Positions 16,733 to 26,319 of a stretch of 37,050 nucleotides of DNA are shown one piece after another. Made by a program: the position numbers and the translations under genes. How positions within the stretch are numbered: position 1 is the stretch's first letter; every line of letters starts with the position of its first letter. Under the pieces are notes generated by a model. The model was not told the origin of the DNA, did no database searches, and saw nothing but the letters and a program-made list of their open reading frames with translations. The DNA lies in IMG/VR virus record IMGVR_UViG_3300027627_000012, positions 1 to 37,050 of that record. One strand, 5' to 3'. Source of the DNA: a virus. Taxonomy: Duplodnaviria; Caudoviricetes.

Positions 16733-17682
16733 ACCCAGAAAAAATTAAAAATATGGATCCTTTCGTGCATCATACAGCTATAATTGAAACGGATAACATC
16801 GGGAAAGGCACCAAGATTTGGGCTTTCTCTCACGTCTCCAAAGGCGTAGTCATTGGTGAGAACTGCATGATAGGCGAGGGAGTCCACATCGGAGAAGGCG
16901 TATCAATAGGAAATAATTGCAAAATACAAAACCACTCTTTGATTTACCACGGAGTAACTATAGAGGATGACGTATTTCTTGGGCCAAACACCATTACGAC
17001 GAATGACATATATCCAAGATCTAAGGGCAATTGGCAAGATAGATTTCGTAAAACTCTTTTCAAGAAAGGATCTTCCGTGGGCGCCAACTCGACTATCGTC
17101 TGCGGAGTGATCTTAGGTGAACACTGCATGGTTGCGGCGGGATCCGTCGTCAGTCATAGCGTCATGGATTACTCCTTAGTCAAAGGCAGTCCGGCGAGGC
17201 ACACCAGGTTCCTGAGAAGCTTCCCCTTTTCTGACGAGTTTAAGTCTGAAGATGGGCATTCAGGTAAGGAGCCTGTTCATAAAACTGTTTTCACAAACGG
17301 ATGCTTCGATATATTGCATTTTGGTCATTTCAAACTGTTAGAATTTTGCCGGAAAAAAGCGGGCAGCGGAGCGGTCATCGTCGGGCTAAATAGCGACGCG
17401 AGCGTTAAGAGAAACAAAGGGGAGTCAAGGCCGTTCAACAATCAGGAGGCGAGAAAATTTGCCCTCGAGAGCCTCAGGTTTGTGGATGACGTAATTATTT
17501 TTGACGAGGATAATCCCTACAATTTAATTAAGAGGATAGAGCCAAACTACATAATCAAAGGTGGAGACTATAAGAAGGAAGACGTCGTGGGATCTGATTT
17601 ATCAGAAGTCTTAATCTTCAATACGATAAATGGATGCTCTACCACAGCAATAGCCTCCAAAATAATGAATGGAGACAAATAA
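16729..17682 (+). CDS. Fusion: hexapeptide-repeat sugar acetyltransferase (WbpD-like) + HldE/RfaE domain II-like nucleotidyltransferase
   Basis: Left-handed beta-helix repeats with TTND.YP and GSPAR; C-terminal FTNGCFDILHFGH, GLNSDASV..KG.SRP, KGGDY, STT. Confidence 0.88.
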   Translation: MNPEKIKNMDPFVHHTAIIETDNIGKGTKIWAFSHVSKGVVIGENCMIGEGVHIGEGVSIGNNCKIQNHSLIYHGVTIEDDVFLGPNTITTNDIYPRSKGNWQDRFRKTLFKKGSSVGANSTIVCGVILGEHCMVAAGSVVSHSVMDYSLVKGSPARHTRFLRSFPFSDEFKSEDGHSGKEPVHKTVFTNGCFDILHFGHFKLLEFCRKKAGSGAVIVGLNSDASVKRNKGESRPFNNQEARKFALESLRFVDDVIIFDEDNPYNLIKRIEPNYIIKGGDYKKEDVVGSDLSEVLIFNTINGCSTTAIASKIMNGDK

Positions 17683-17703
17683 GAATCGTCAAAAATCACA
17701 AAT

Positions 17704-18285
17704 ATGGTACGAGACAAGCCACTTCATAACTTCCTATTCGATTTAGATAAAGAGGGTCTTTTTAAAGGGATAAACGTCTGGTGTACTCCGTGGATAGACG
17801 TTTGCTGCCTCCTTTCCCTCGTTAGATTCCATAATCCTAAAAATCTTCTCGAGATAGGGACTCACGAAGGATATACAACCAAAATTTTAAGTGATAAATT
17901 CCCCGATCTTAAAATCACCACCTTCGACCCAGGAGACAAGATTGCTCCCGTTGATAGGCCCGCAAATCAAAGAGGAGAATTTCTTTCCCAAGACAAGATA
18001 GGCCGCTTAGTAAAAGACAAAGAGAACGTAAAGATAGTTAAAGAAGATTTCTTGTCGGCGGTTATAGAGGAGAAGTTCGACTTCATTTTCGTTGACGGAA
18101 ACCACGACTACGACGCAGTGGTGGCTGACACGAAAAAGTCCTTAGAGTTATTAAATCCGAACGGAGTCATTGTCTGGCATGATTTCGGAAATGTTAAATA
18201 CGTTAAAGAGGGCCTGTCTACCTTTAACTTAAAGAATCCTATTACTAGCCTCCATAATACTTGGATAGCCTACTATGAGTCTTAA
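17704..18285 (+). CDS. Class I SAM-dependent methyltransferase (Methyltransf_24-like)
   Basis: LEIGTHEG; FDFIFVDGNHDY; L.PNGVIVWHD. Confidence 0.88.
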   Translation: MVRDKPLHNFLFDLDKEGLFKGINVWCTPWIDVCCLLSLVRFHNPKNLLEIGTHEGYTTKILSDKFPDLKITTFDPGDKIAPVDRPANQRGEFLSQDKIGRLVKDKENVKIVKEDFLSAVIEEKFDFIFVDGNHDYDAVVADTKKSLELLNPNGVIVWHDFGNVKYVKEGLSTFNLKNPITSLHNTWIAYYES

Positions 18286-19057
18286 GCACCTTTTCATTCA
18301 AAATCAAGGACATTTTCAGTACGCCTCTCTCGGAGATGTTTCAGTTAGGGTTCTTTCGTTTTTAAACATTTCCAAAAAATACGGATTAGACTCGGGATAT
18401 ATTCCCATAAGTCCCTCGCTAAAAACTCTTTGGTCTGACGTCTTGGGTAAAGACAGAGTCTTTGACAATTATGAATCAGCTCCAGAAGAATACAGGAGCG
18501 GCGTCGCTCATAAGCCCACTAGCCTAGATCTGAATTATGGCTGGGCAGCTCATACTGTTTTCGAGAGTGTCTTTTGGGAAAACGGATTCTTCGACACTAA
18601 AGATTTAAGGATAGAAACCCCAGTAATCTACAAGTGCGATTATAAAGAAAAAAATGCCCTAATTTATCCTGACGAAAAAACGGACGGAAATAGAATTTAT
18701 AATTCAGCATTCTGGCTGAGGGTCTGCGAAGATCTCGCGGGGAAAGGCTATAAGATTATTTGTTGTGGAAATAAGAACTCTTCAAATTTAAAAGAATTCT
18801 ATGAGAAGCAAAAATTCTCCGAAGAATACGCGGCGAATATAGAGAACTTGAAAAAGTGCATCAGTAAATGTTCTTTAGCTTTAGGCTCGTCGACTGGCCC
18901 GACGTGGGCCTGTCTATTCTCTGACATTAAACAAGTAGTATTTGAGTCTAAAAAGTCTCCTCATGGCTACTGGAATTTCGATAGATGCCAAGAAGTATTA
19001 TCAAAGAAAGTCCAAATCATCCAGACCTTAGATAGCGCAATAAAGTCTTATGAGTAA
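18275..19057 (+). CDS. GT9 (heptosyltransferase)-like GT-B protein, divergent
   Basis: SLGD near the N-terminus; LKKCISKCSLALGSSTGPTW resembles the GT9 DSGPxH region. Confidence 0.6.
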   Translation: MSLKHLFIQNQGHFQYASLGDVSVRVLSFLNISKKYGLDSGYIPISPSLKTLWSDVLGKDRVFDNYESAPEEYRSGVAHKPTSLDLNYGWAAHTVFESVFWENGFFDTKDLRIETPVIYKCDYKEKNALIYPDEKTDGNRIYNSAFWLRVCEDLAGKGYKIICCGNKNSSNLKEFYEKQKFSEEYAANIENLKKCISKCSLALGSSTGPTWACLFSDIKQVVFESKKSPHGYWNFDRCQEVLSKKVQIIQTLDSAIKSYE

Positions 19058-19670
19058 TATATTTTATTCGGAAACCAGCAAGTCGAGAGAGAGAAGAGAA
19101 AAAGAAAACTTTTTCTCAAAGTTCTGCCAAGGGGTCGGCGTAGACGTAGGGTATTCCGCTGGTAACCCAAAAAATGATAAAGTGACCCCCGAAGCGGAAG
19201 GGATAGACTTTCATTCTCCCGGCTACGATGGACTGCACCTTCCGTTCGAGGATGAATCATTAGACTATGTTTATTCCTCCCATGTCCTTGAACATATCTG
19301 GAATCCTACCGCATTCATCCGCGAATGGTTCAAGAAGCTAAAGACGGGAGGGCATCTCATAATCGTAGTTCCTCATCAATTCCTTTACGAGAAGAGGAAA
19401 GAGACGCCTAGTAGATTTAATTCAGACCATAAGAGATTCTATACTCCAGCCAAGCTATTAATAGAGATAGAGAGTTCTCTGCGGCCAAACTCTTATCGAG
19501 TAGATTACGTGAAAGATTGCGATTTTGGCTTTGATTACTCCGTTACTCCCCCCTTTCATTCTTCTGGAGAGTTTCAGGTAGAATGCGTATTGAAGAAGAT
19601 TCAATCACCGGATTGGGATTTGGAAGACGAGGTTTGCTGGTGGCTTAAACCTATAAAAAAGGGCAAATGA
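19050..19670 (+). CDS. Class I SAM-dependent methyltransferase (Methyltransf_11-like)
   Basis: VDVG; LPFEDESLDYVYSSHVLEH; LKTGGHLIIVVP. Confidence 0.9.
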   Translation: MSNIFYSETSKSRERREKENFFSKFCQGVGVDVGYSAGNPKNDKVTPEAEGIDFHSPGYDGLHLPFEDESLDYVYSSHVLEHIWNPTAFIREWFKKLKTGGHLIIVVPHQFLYEKRKETPSRFNSDHKRFYTPAKLLIEIESSLRPNSYRVDYVKDCDFGFDYSVTPPFHSSGEFQVECVLKKIQSPDWDLEDEVCWWLKPIKKGK

Positions 19671-20725
19671 AAAAAGTTCTAATAACAGGAATCCTTGGCC
19701 AGGACGGAGCAAATATGGCAGAATATCTGCTGAAGCTTCCAGAAGAAATGATGATTTATGGTATGATGCGCCGGTCTGCCAACCCAAACTTCATCAACGC
19801 CAAGGGATTCGAGGATCACCCAAGATTCAAGTTCGTCTTCGGGGACTTGACAGACGAGGTTAGTCTTAATAATTTAGTCAAAGATATCCAGCCGGACTAC
19901 TTCATTAATTTCGCAGCTAACTCCTTCGTGGGTATCAGTTGGGATATGCCCGTTCATGTTTTTGATACGAACGCTTTAGGAGTACTCCGGTGCCTAGAGG
20001 CGGTTAAGAAATTCCAACCTAATTGCAAATTCTATAGCGCTGGTAGTAGCGAAGAGTGGGGCAACGTAGATTATTCTCCGCAAGACATCGATCACCCCAT
20101 AAAGCCCCGCTCACCATATGGAGCTTCGAAAGCGGCTGCTCGCCACATCACGAAGGTCTATAGAGAATCCTATAATCTTTACGCTGTGCATGGAATCCTT
20201 TTTAATCACGAGGGGGTCAAAAGAGGAGAGGAGTTTGTGACGAGAAAAATCAGCAAAGGAGTTGCAAGAATCAATGCGGCTATTAAAGCGGGGAAAAAAT
20301 TCGCCCCGATAGAACTCGGGAATCTACAATCTAAAAGGGACTGGTCGGACTCGGAAGATTTTGTGGAAGGCGTATGGTTAATGCTCAATCAAGAAAAGCC
20401 AAAGGACTACGTTCTGTCCAGCAACGAGACTCACTCTATCCAAGAGTTTGTCGAGAAAGCCTTTTCGGTAGCAGGCATTGACGGCTTTTGGCAGGGAGTA
20501 AGAGAAGAGCAGAAGTACTATCTAGCTAACTATATTCACGAAGAAATCCCTGACGTAGATGGATGCCTCGTGCGAATTAATCCCAAGTTCTATAGGCCCG
20601 CAGAGGTAGATCTCCTCCTTGGAGATTCCACTCCAATAAGAGAAGAATTGGGATGGTCCCCTAAAGTCTCCTTCCCGGAGTTAGTCTCGAAGATGGTTAA
20701 ATACGATATTTCTCTATTGCCTTGA
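19667..20725 (+). CDS. gmd: GDP-mannose 4,6-dehydratase
   Basis: ITGILGQDG, PRSPYGASK, GILFNHE, FVTRKI, LGNL..KRDW, FYRPAEVDLLLGD. Confidence 0.95.
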   Translation: MKKVLITGILGQDGANMAEYLLKLPEEMMIYGMMRRSANPNFINAKGFEDHPRFKFVFGDLTDEVSLNNLVKDIQPDYFINFAANSFVGISWDMPVHVFDTNALGVLRCLEAVKKFQPNCKFYSAGSSEEWGNVDYSPQDIDHPIKPRSPYGASKAAARHITKVYRESYNLYAVHGILFNHEGVKRGEEFVTRKISKGVARINAAIKAGKKFAPIELGNLQSKRDWSDSEDFVEGVWLMLNQEKPKDYVLSSNETHSIQEFVEKAFSVAGIDGFWQGVREEQKYYLANYIHEEIPDVDGCLVRINPKFYRPAEVDLLLGDSTPIREELGWSPKVSFPELVSKMVKYDISLLP

Positions 20726-20760
20726 TTATCCTCCCGTTCGTGGTAGCTTATCGTTAACCG

Positions 20761-21111
20761 ATGAGTAAGGCCAAACCCAGCAATCTTTGCAAGGCGATAG
20801 TGATTAAGTTCGTCTCCTCCTCCCAAATCAATTGGGGGAAGGAAACCAAAATCGCCCAAAAGCTGCTAAAGACGTACAATAAGGAAGACTTTTGGGATAA
20901 CCTTTCAATCAGTTTTAAGATTGCCACTCTCAGTTGGTTCCTGACTAATGAAGGCAAGTCCTTCCTATTGGCTCAGGAAGCCAGGCAGTCGATTGAAAAT
21001 ACTCCGACTAAAGCCCACGCTATCGGGCCAGTCAAGATAGGCGAAGACGTAGTAATTAACTTAAAGCCCAAAACAATCATAGATTTTCTAAAAACTTATG
21101 GCAAAACCTAA
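20761..21111 (+). CDS. Hypothetical protein
   Basis: ORF after TTGATT-16-TAGCTT; overlaps the recA start. Confidence 0.7.
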   Translation: MSKAKPSNLCKAIVIKFVSSSQINWGKETKIAQKLLKTYNKEDFWDNLSISFKIATLSWFLTNEGKSFLLAQEARQSIENTPTKAHAIGPVKIGEDVVINLKPKTIIDFLKTYGKT

Positions 21112-22222
21112 AAAAGAAAACGACGAGCAAGAGGCGTCGATTACGACCTCATCCCAAATCAATTCTTATTTAAAGACAAATAAGGACGATCATTATAATT
21201 TTGAAAAGGCCGAATCATACGTCGTCTCCAGCGGAAGCTTGATTCTAGACATGGAGATGGGTGGAGGACTTCGCCCTGGAATCCTTAGGTTCTCTGGCGT
21301 TTCCGAAGGAGGCAAAACTTCCGCAGCCCTTTCTTTCGCCAGGAACTTCCAGAAGACAGTTCCAAATCCTTATGTTTTTTACGTTAAGTCGGAAGGAAGA
21401 TTATCGAAAGATATCTTAGAGCGTGCTGGGATGGACTTGTCTGAGAGTAGATGGTTCGAGTATAAGTGCAATATTTATGAGTCAGTCATTTCTCTGATGA
21501 GGGAGCTCGTCAAGAATAATCCCTCCAATAAAAAGTATCTGTTTATTATCGACTCGATGGATGCTCTAGTTCCTAGAGGTGATATAGATAAGCCTTTCGA
21601 AGAAGCTAATAAAGTCGCTGGCGGGTCGTTGCTGAGTTCTGATTTCTTGAGGAAGATGGCGTTAGGCTTATCCTCTAAGAGTCATACTTGTATTCTTGTC
21701 AGCCAGGTCAGAAGCACCGTCTCAATTAATCCGTACGCCAAGACTGACCCCAAATTGACTAACGCTTCAGGAGGCAACGCCCTTCTCCATTACAGCGATT
21801 GGATTCTCGAGTTCCAGCAGAGGCATAAGGCGGATTTGATGCTCGGCGAAGCTAAGGCTCTCAAGGCCCAGAAGGGCAAGGAAGATATTATCGGGCATTA
21901 CTGCAAAATCATCTTCAGGAAGACTGCGAACGAGAAGACTAATAAAGAAGTCCGCTATCCGATTAAGTACGGGCGTAAAAACGGGCAGAGCGTTTGGGTT
22001 GAGCATGAGATTAAAGACGTTCTTCTCATGTGGAGCCTTGTCAAGGCGAGCGGCGCTTGGATTACCGTCTCGGACGAACTCTTAAAAGAGCTTCTAGACA
22101 ATGGGATCGAGATGGGCAAGCAGCATCAAGGCGAAGACAACTTCGTGACGTATCTCGAGGAGAATCCTAAGATTACTACCTACCTTTTTGATAAGTTCAG
22201 AAAGATTTTCGATAATCAATGA
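21098..22222 (+). CDS. recA: RecA/UvsX-like recombinase
   Basis: SSGSLILD..MGGG, Walker A GVSEGGKT, Walker B FIIDS, SQVR, SGGNAL. Confidence 0.9.
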   Translation: MAKPKKENDEQEASITTSSQINSYLKTNKDDHYNFEKAESYVVSSGSLILDMEMGGGLRPGILRFSGVSEGGKTSAALSFARNFQKTVPNPYVFYVKSEGRLSKDILERAGMDLSESRWFEYKCNIYESVISLMRELVKNNPSNKKYLFIIDSMDALVPRGDIDKPFEEANKVAGGSLLSSDFLRKMALGLSSKSHTCILVSQVRSTVSINPYAKTDPKLTNASGGNALLHYSDWILEFQQRHKADLMLGEAKALKAQKGKEDIIGHYCKIIFRKTANEKTNKEVRYPIKYGRKNGQSVWVEHEIKDVLLMWSLVKASGAWITVSDELLKELLDNGIEMGKQHQGEDNFVTYLEENPKITTYLFDKFRKIFDNQ

Positions 22223-22638
22223 GACTCTTTAATATACAAGGCAAGCTCGCCAAGAAGAATGTTTCAAAATACCTTATCGATTGGGAGGTTAAATCGAGAT
22301 CGATGGCCCAGTTTAACATGAAACAGTTCCTCAAGCCTTATTGGTTTGGGCATATTGTCTATGAGGAGTTCCCAGTTTATGGCTCCCTGCTTAAGATCGA
22401 TTTCTTTAATGCTACAAAGAAAATTGCTATCGAAGTTAACGGTCCGCAGCACTCTAGTTTCAATCCTTTCTTTCATAATAATTCACGGACGAATTACTTA
22501 AAGGGAATTAAAAGAGACTACCAGAAGGGTATTTGGCTGAAAAAGAATGGATTTACCCTATTAGAAGTAGATACCAGCGAAATTAAGAACCTTTCCTTAT
22601 CTTTCTTTTCAACAACTTTTGGCGTTGATATCGTGTAA
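22219..22638 (+). CDS. Vsr/DUF559-like PD-(D/E)XK endonuclease
   Basis: EEFPV...IDF...IAIEVNGPQH...RD..K..WL..NGF.LL.V. Confidence 0.75.
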   Translation: MRLFNIQGKLAKKNVSKYLIDWEVKSRSMAQFNMKQFLKPYWFGHIVYEEFPVYGSLLKIDFFNATKKIAIEVNGPQHSSFNPFFHNNSRTNYLKGIKRDYQKGIWLKKNGFTLLEVDTSEIKNLSLSFFSTTFGVDIV

Positions 22639-22644
22639 CTTCAT

Positions 22645-22926
22645 ATGCCAATGAGTAAAAAGAAACTGAAGTTTCCCAAGCAACTCCTCCGCCAAATTAA
22701 TGAATGCTCCAATGGCGGATTCATATTATTTTGCTTGAACGAAAAGGGAATGCCTGAGGTCATGAGCAATTTTGATAATTTAACGAACGCTATGGCCTTA
22801 AATTTTTATCTCACGAACTGGTCGAAGGCGATAGAGGCGTACAACATAGAGAAAACCATCCAAATGATCGACGCGGATGAAGATCCGCTTGGAGAAGGCG
22901 ACGGTTCAGAAACTCCAGAAGAGTAG
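22645..22926 (+). CDS. Hypothetical protein with acidic tail
   Basis: 93-aa ORF filling the gap before the dnaB promoter. Confidence 0.7.
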   Translation: MPMSKKKLKFPKQLLRQINECSNGGFILFCLNEKGMPEVMSNFDNLTNAMALNFYLTNWSKAIEAYNIEKTIQMIDADEDPLGEGDGSETPEE

Positions 22927-22955
22927 TTGACTTTTTCCCTTACTCGGATTATCAT
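22927..22955 (+). promoter_or_regulatory. Sigma70-type promoter of dnaB, leaderless geometry
   Basis: TTGACT-17-TATCAT-6 nt-ATG(22962). Confidence 0.8.
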
Positions 22956-22961
22956 AGCAAT

Positions 22962-24443
22962 ATGATTTACTCGCTTCAAGTTGAGAGGCACGCTCTCAGT
23001 GGCTTGCTCAAATTCCCAGATTTCTTCGCAGAGGTTGACGGCTTCATAACGGAGAGTGACTTCTATAACGAAGTTCACAGCACAATCTTCTTAGTCATCA
23101 AGTCCACGCTCAGCAAAAACGAAAAGGTGGACCGAGTCATCATCGCTTCCAAAATCAAAGATTTAGGAATCTCGTTCAAGGACGACATCAACATCTACGA
23201 TTATCTGGAGACCCTTTACTTTAGTCAAATAAATCAAGACGCCGTAGTCAAGTCCTTCAAGGAGCTTGTAAAATACAGAATCCGGCGAGAGATTGCAGCC
23301 ACCGGAAGCAAGATAATCGAAGAGGTAAAAAATATTGGGGACAAAAACGTAGAAGACATCATCTCCTCTTGCGACGCAATCTACAACCAGAAAGTCTCCC
23401 TCTATTCCAACGCGGATGCTCCAGAAAAGCTTACCGATGAAATGTCGGAGCTTATTGAAGAGAGGGGCAATGCTCCAGAAACAGACTCGGGTTTAATCAG
23501 CCCGTATTCCGAGTTCAACAGGATGTATGGCGGGTTTAAGCCTGGGCAAGTTTATGCAATTGCGTCTCGCCCTGGCGAAGGAAAGACGACTTGGATTAAT
23601 GACGTTTGCTTCAAGACGGCTTCTGCCGGAAAAGTGAAAGCCTTAATTCTTGATACGGAAATGCAAACGAAAGAAATCAAATTCAGAATGGCGGCGGCTC
23701 TCACGGGCGTTCCTGTTTGGTATCTAGAGACGGGTAACTGGCGCAAGAATCCAGAGATGTTTAAGAAGGTCCGTGAATGCGCCCTCTTAAAGCAGGACAA
23801 AGATTATTATCACTACCACGTTAGCAATAAGAGCATCGACGAGATTTGCTCTATTATCAAAAGGTGGTATTACAATAAGGTCGGTAGAGGCAATACGTGC
23901 ATCATCGCTTACGATTACGTAAAGATGACCGGAGAGAAAATCGGACAGAATTGGGCAGAGCATCAGGCTATCGGAGAGAAGATTAGCCGACTGAAGGAGA
24001 TTTCGGTCGAGGTCAATGCGCCGATGATTACGGCCATGCAGTTGAACCGTACCGGAGAAAACAGGAACAGAGGAGCGGCCAACGTGACCGACGACTCTTC
24101 GGCGATTTCTCTCTCTGATAGATTGCAATGGTACGCCGCGTTCACCGGAATTTTTAGAAGAAAGACCCTAGACGAAATAGAGCAGGACGGCGTGGACTTC
24201 GGGACGCACAAGCTTATTCCGCTCAAGTCTCGATTCCAAGGCAGAGACGCGATGGGTCATCAAGACTACATGAGCAGAGTTTTCCCTGATGGGTCTGAGA
24301 AGTATGTAATGAATTATCTGAACTTCGAGGTTAACAACTTTAACATCACGGAGAGGGGCTCTTTGAGGCACGTCTGCGAGAGGGCCAAAGAGACGTACAA
24401 GCTTAACGACGGCAGCAAGAATGACAGCAATGCAGATCTCTAA
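22962..24443 (+). CDS. dnaB: Replicative DnaB-like helicase
   Basis: N-terminal ER..L..LL/DFY...H..IF; ASRPGEGKT, DTEM, YDYV, QLNR. Confidence 0.93.
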   Translation: MIYSLQVERHALSGLLKFPDFFAEVDGFITESDFYNEVHSTIFLVIKSTLSKNEKVDRVIIASKIKDLGISFKDDINIYDYLETLYFSQINQDAVVKSFKELVKYRIRREIAATGSKIIEEVKNIGDKNVEDIISSCDAIYNQKVSLYSNADAPEKLTDEMSELIEERGNAPETDSGLISPYSEFNRMYGGFKPGQVYAIASRPGEGKTTWINDVCFKTASAGKVKALILDTEMQTKEIKFRMAAALTGVPVWYLETGNWRKNPEMFKKVRECALLKQDKDYYHYHVSNKSIDEICSIIKRWYYNKVGRGNTCIIAYDYVKMTGEKIGQNWAEHQAIGEKISRLKEISVEVNAPMITAMQLNRTGENRNRGAANVTDDSSAISLSDRLQWYAAFTGIFRRKTLDEIEQDGVDFGTHKLIPLKSRFQGRDAMGHQDYMSRVFPDGSEKYVMNYLNFEVNNFNITERGSLRHVCERAKETYKLNDGSKNDSNADL

Positions 24444-25353
24444 CAACTACAAAGAAATCCTGATTGATTTAGGATACACAAACATAATCGAGAACGCAAA
24501 AGAGTATCGAACCAGGCCGATATACAGAGATTCAGATAACAGCACTGTTTTAAGCGTCAAGAAGGATTCCGGCCACTTCATTGACTTTGCTCGGAACATA
24601 AGCGGCTCATTCGAGGAGCTAGTCAAGCTCTCCTTGAACCTGACCTCCGTTGACGCAGCGAAGACTTGGATATCTGGCAAGTACGAGAATTTTAACACCT
24701 TAAAGACTCAAACTAGGCCAGAGATTAAAACCGCGAAGACCTTCGATAAGGAGAATTTGCTTAAACTTGTGCAAGACCATTCCTACTGGATTAACCGTGG
24801 GGTGACGGAGGAAACCCTCAGGACTTTCAAGGGCGGCGTTATCACCAGCGGGAAGATGAAGGACAGATATGTGTTTCCGATTTTCGACCATAAAGATAAT
24901 TTCGTTGGGGCGTCCGGAAGAGACTTGCTGAAGTACGATAATAATCAACGGCCGAAGTGGAAGCACGTCGGCGATAAATCTGAATGGAAATATCCTTGCT
25001 CCGTGAATCATTTGATCATAAAGGAGTCCAATTCGGTAATCGTTGTAGAGAGCATCGGTGATATGCTTGCCCTTTGGGAGTGCGGAGTTAAAAACGTAGT
25101 CGTTTCTTTTGGTCTGGATATTAGCGTCTCTCTGATCAATATGTTCTTGAAGTTGGATTTAGAGAGAATCTATCTATCCTTTAACAATGATTCTGATAAT
25201 AATTCGGCAGGAAACATGGCGGCTGAGAAGGGTAAGAGTAAGCTCTTAAGATACTTCGACCCGCACCAAGTCGTAATCGCGTTCCCTACTCGTAAAGATT
25301 TTGGCGAGATGTCCAGAGAAGAAATTTATCAATGGAAAACAAACCTAAAGTAA
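24421..25353 (+). CDS. DnaG-like primase (TOPRIM)
   Basis: YW.NRG, DRYVFPI, G.SGR, PKW, VIVVESIGD, KDFGE. Confidence 0.85.
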   Translation: MTAMQISNNYKEILIDLGYTNIIENAKEYRTRPIYRDSDNSTVLSVKKDSGHFIDFARNISGSFEELVKLSLNLTSVDAAKTWISGKYENFNTLKTQTRPEIKTAKTFDKENLLKLVQDHSYWINRGVTEETLRTFKGGVITSGKMKDRYVFPIFDHKDNFVGASGRDLLKYDNNQRPKWKHVGDKSEWKYPCSVNHLIIKESNSVIVVESIGDMLALWECGVKNVVVSFGLDISVSLINMFLKLDLERIYLSFNNDSDNNSAGNMAAEKGKSKLLRYFDPHQVVIAFPTRKDFGEMSREEIYQWKTNLK

Positions 25354-26297
25354 AAAAATACTTATCCGCATCTAGGGTCAAGCTTTTAGAGACTTGCTCT
25401 TGGCAGTATTGGACTAAATATCATCTCCTCATTCCAGAAAAGAATAACGCGGGAGCGTTGAGAGGAACGTGTTGCCATTTGATTTTCGAACTCTTGCTTA
25501 AGGAGCGTCACAAGCATCACTTCGCCAAGTTAATAAACGAGGGTCATCTTAGAGGCAGCCCATCCATTGATAAACTCGTAGTGAAGACCCTCTCTAAAAG
25601 CGGAATCCTTAACGACGAAAACTACGAGATGGTCGACCAGATGATTCTCGTGGGTTTGCAAAACGATTTCTTCGGCGGAGAGGGCGCGAAAATCGACTGT
25701 CCGGAACAAGAGTTTGATATTGTTAACGAAAAGCCCGCTTACAGAATTAAGGGATTTATGGATAAACCCATTCAGTATCCAGGATCGAAGATGATTAAGG
25801 TCGTGGATTATAAATCCAGCAAAGCTAAATTTAAGGGTGACGATTTAGACGCTAACGTACAGGGGATGATGTACTCTCTCGCGTCGAGAAAGCTTTGGCC
25901 GAAGCAAAAGAAATATCTCGTTGACTTTCTATTTCTGAGATTCCCCAAGCAGCCCGTCCAATCCTTAGAGTTTTCGAAGGAGCAGCTTGCGGGATTTGAG
26001 CTTTATCTAGAACACGTCAACAAGATAGTCGATAACTTCAGCGAGGAAACAGGCAAGACTAATTACGCCGCAGACAAAGCTAAAAACAAATGGCTTTGCC
26101 AAGCTGGTAAAACTTGGGTCTGTCCAGTAAAGAATCCATTCTCTTACTACGGTCTTCACGATGAGAAGGGGGCTTTAATCAAGACTTCTCTCGAAAATGA
26201 CTTCTCTCCAAAAGAGAGGGAAACAGTGAAGACTCTTAAATACGCTGGATGTCCCAGATACCACAACCCCTCCGAAGACAATTCGTTTGACTTCTAA
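25332..26297 (+). CDS. PD-(D/E)XK nuclease (RecB/AddB/Cas4-like)
   Basis: LSAS....C, RGT..H, GFMD, VVDYKS, Q..MY; one N-terminal and three C-terminal Cys could bind an Fe-S cluster. Confidence 0.85.
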   Translation: MENKPKVKKYLSASRVKLLETCSWQYWTKYHLLIPEKNNAGALRGTCCHLIFELLLKERHKHHFAKLINEGHLRGSPSIDKLVVKTLSKSGILNDENYEMVDQMILVGLQNDFFGGEGAKIDCPEQEFDIVNEKPAYRIKGFMDKPIQYPGSKMIKVVDYKSSKAKFKGDDLDANVQGMMYSLASRKLWPKQKKYLVDFLFLRFPKQPVQSLEFSKEQLAGFELYLEHVNKIVDNFSEETGKTNYAADKAKNKWLCQAGKTWVCPVKNPFSYYGLHDEKGALIKTSLENDFSPKERETVKTLKYAGCPRYHNPSEDNSFDF

Positions 26298-26319
26298 AGG
26301 AATTGGGTTAAATTCAGGC

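Noticed and set aside
4505-20725. DNA hypermodification as the purpose of the GT cassette
   Set aside because: No hydroxymethylase, TET/JBP or thymidylate-synthase homologue in the window; not supported here, though not excluded for the whole genome.
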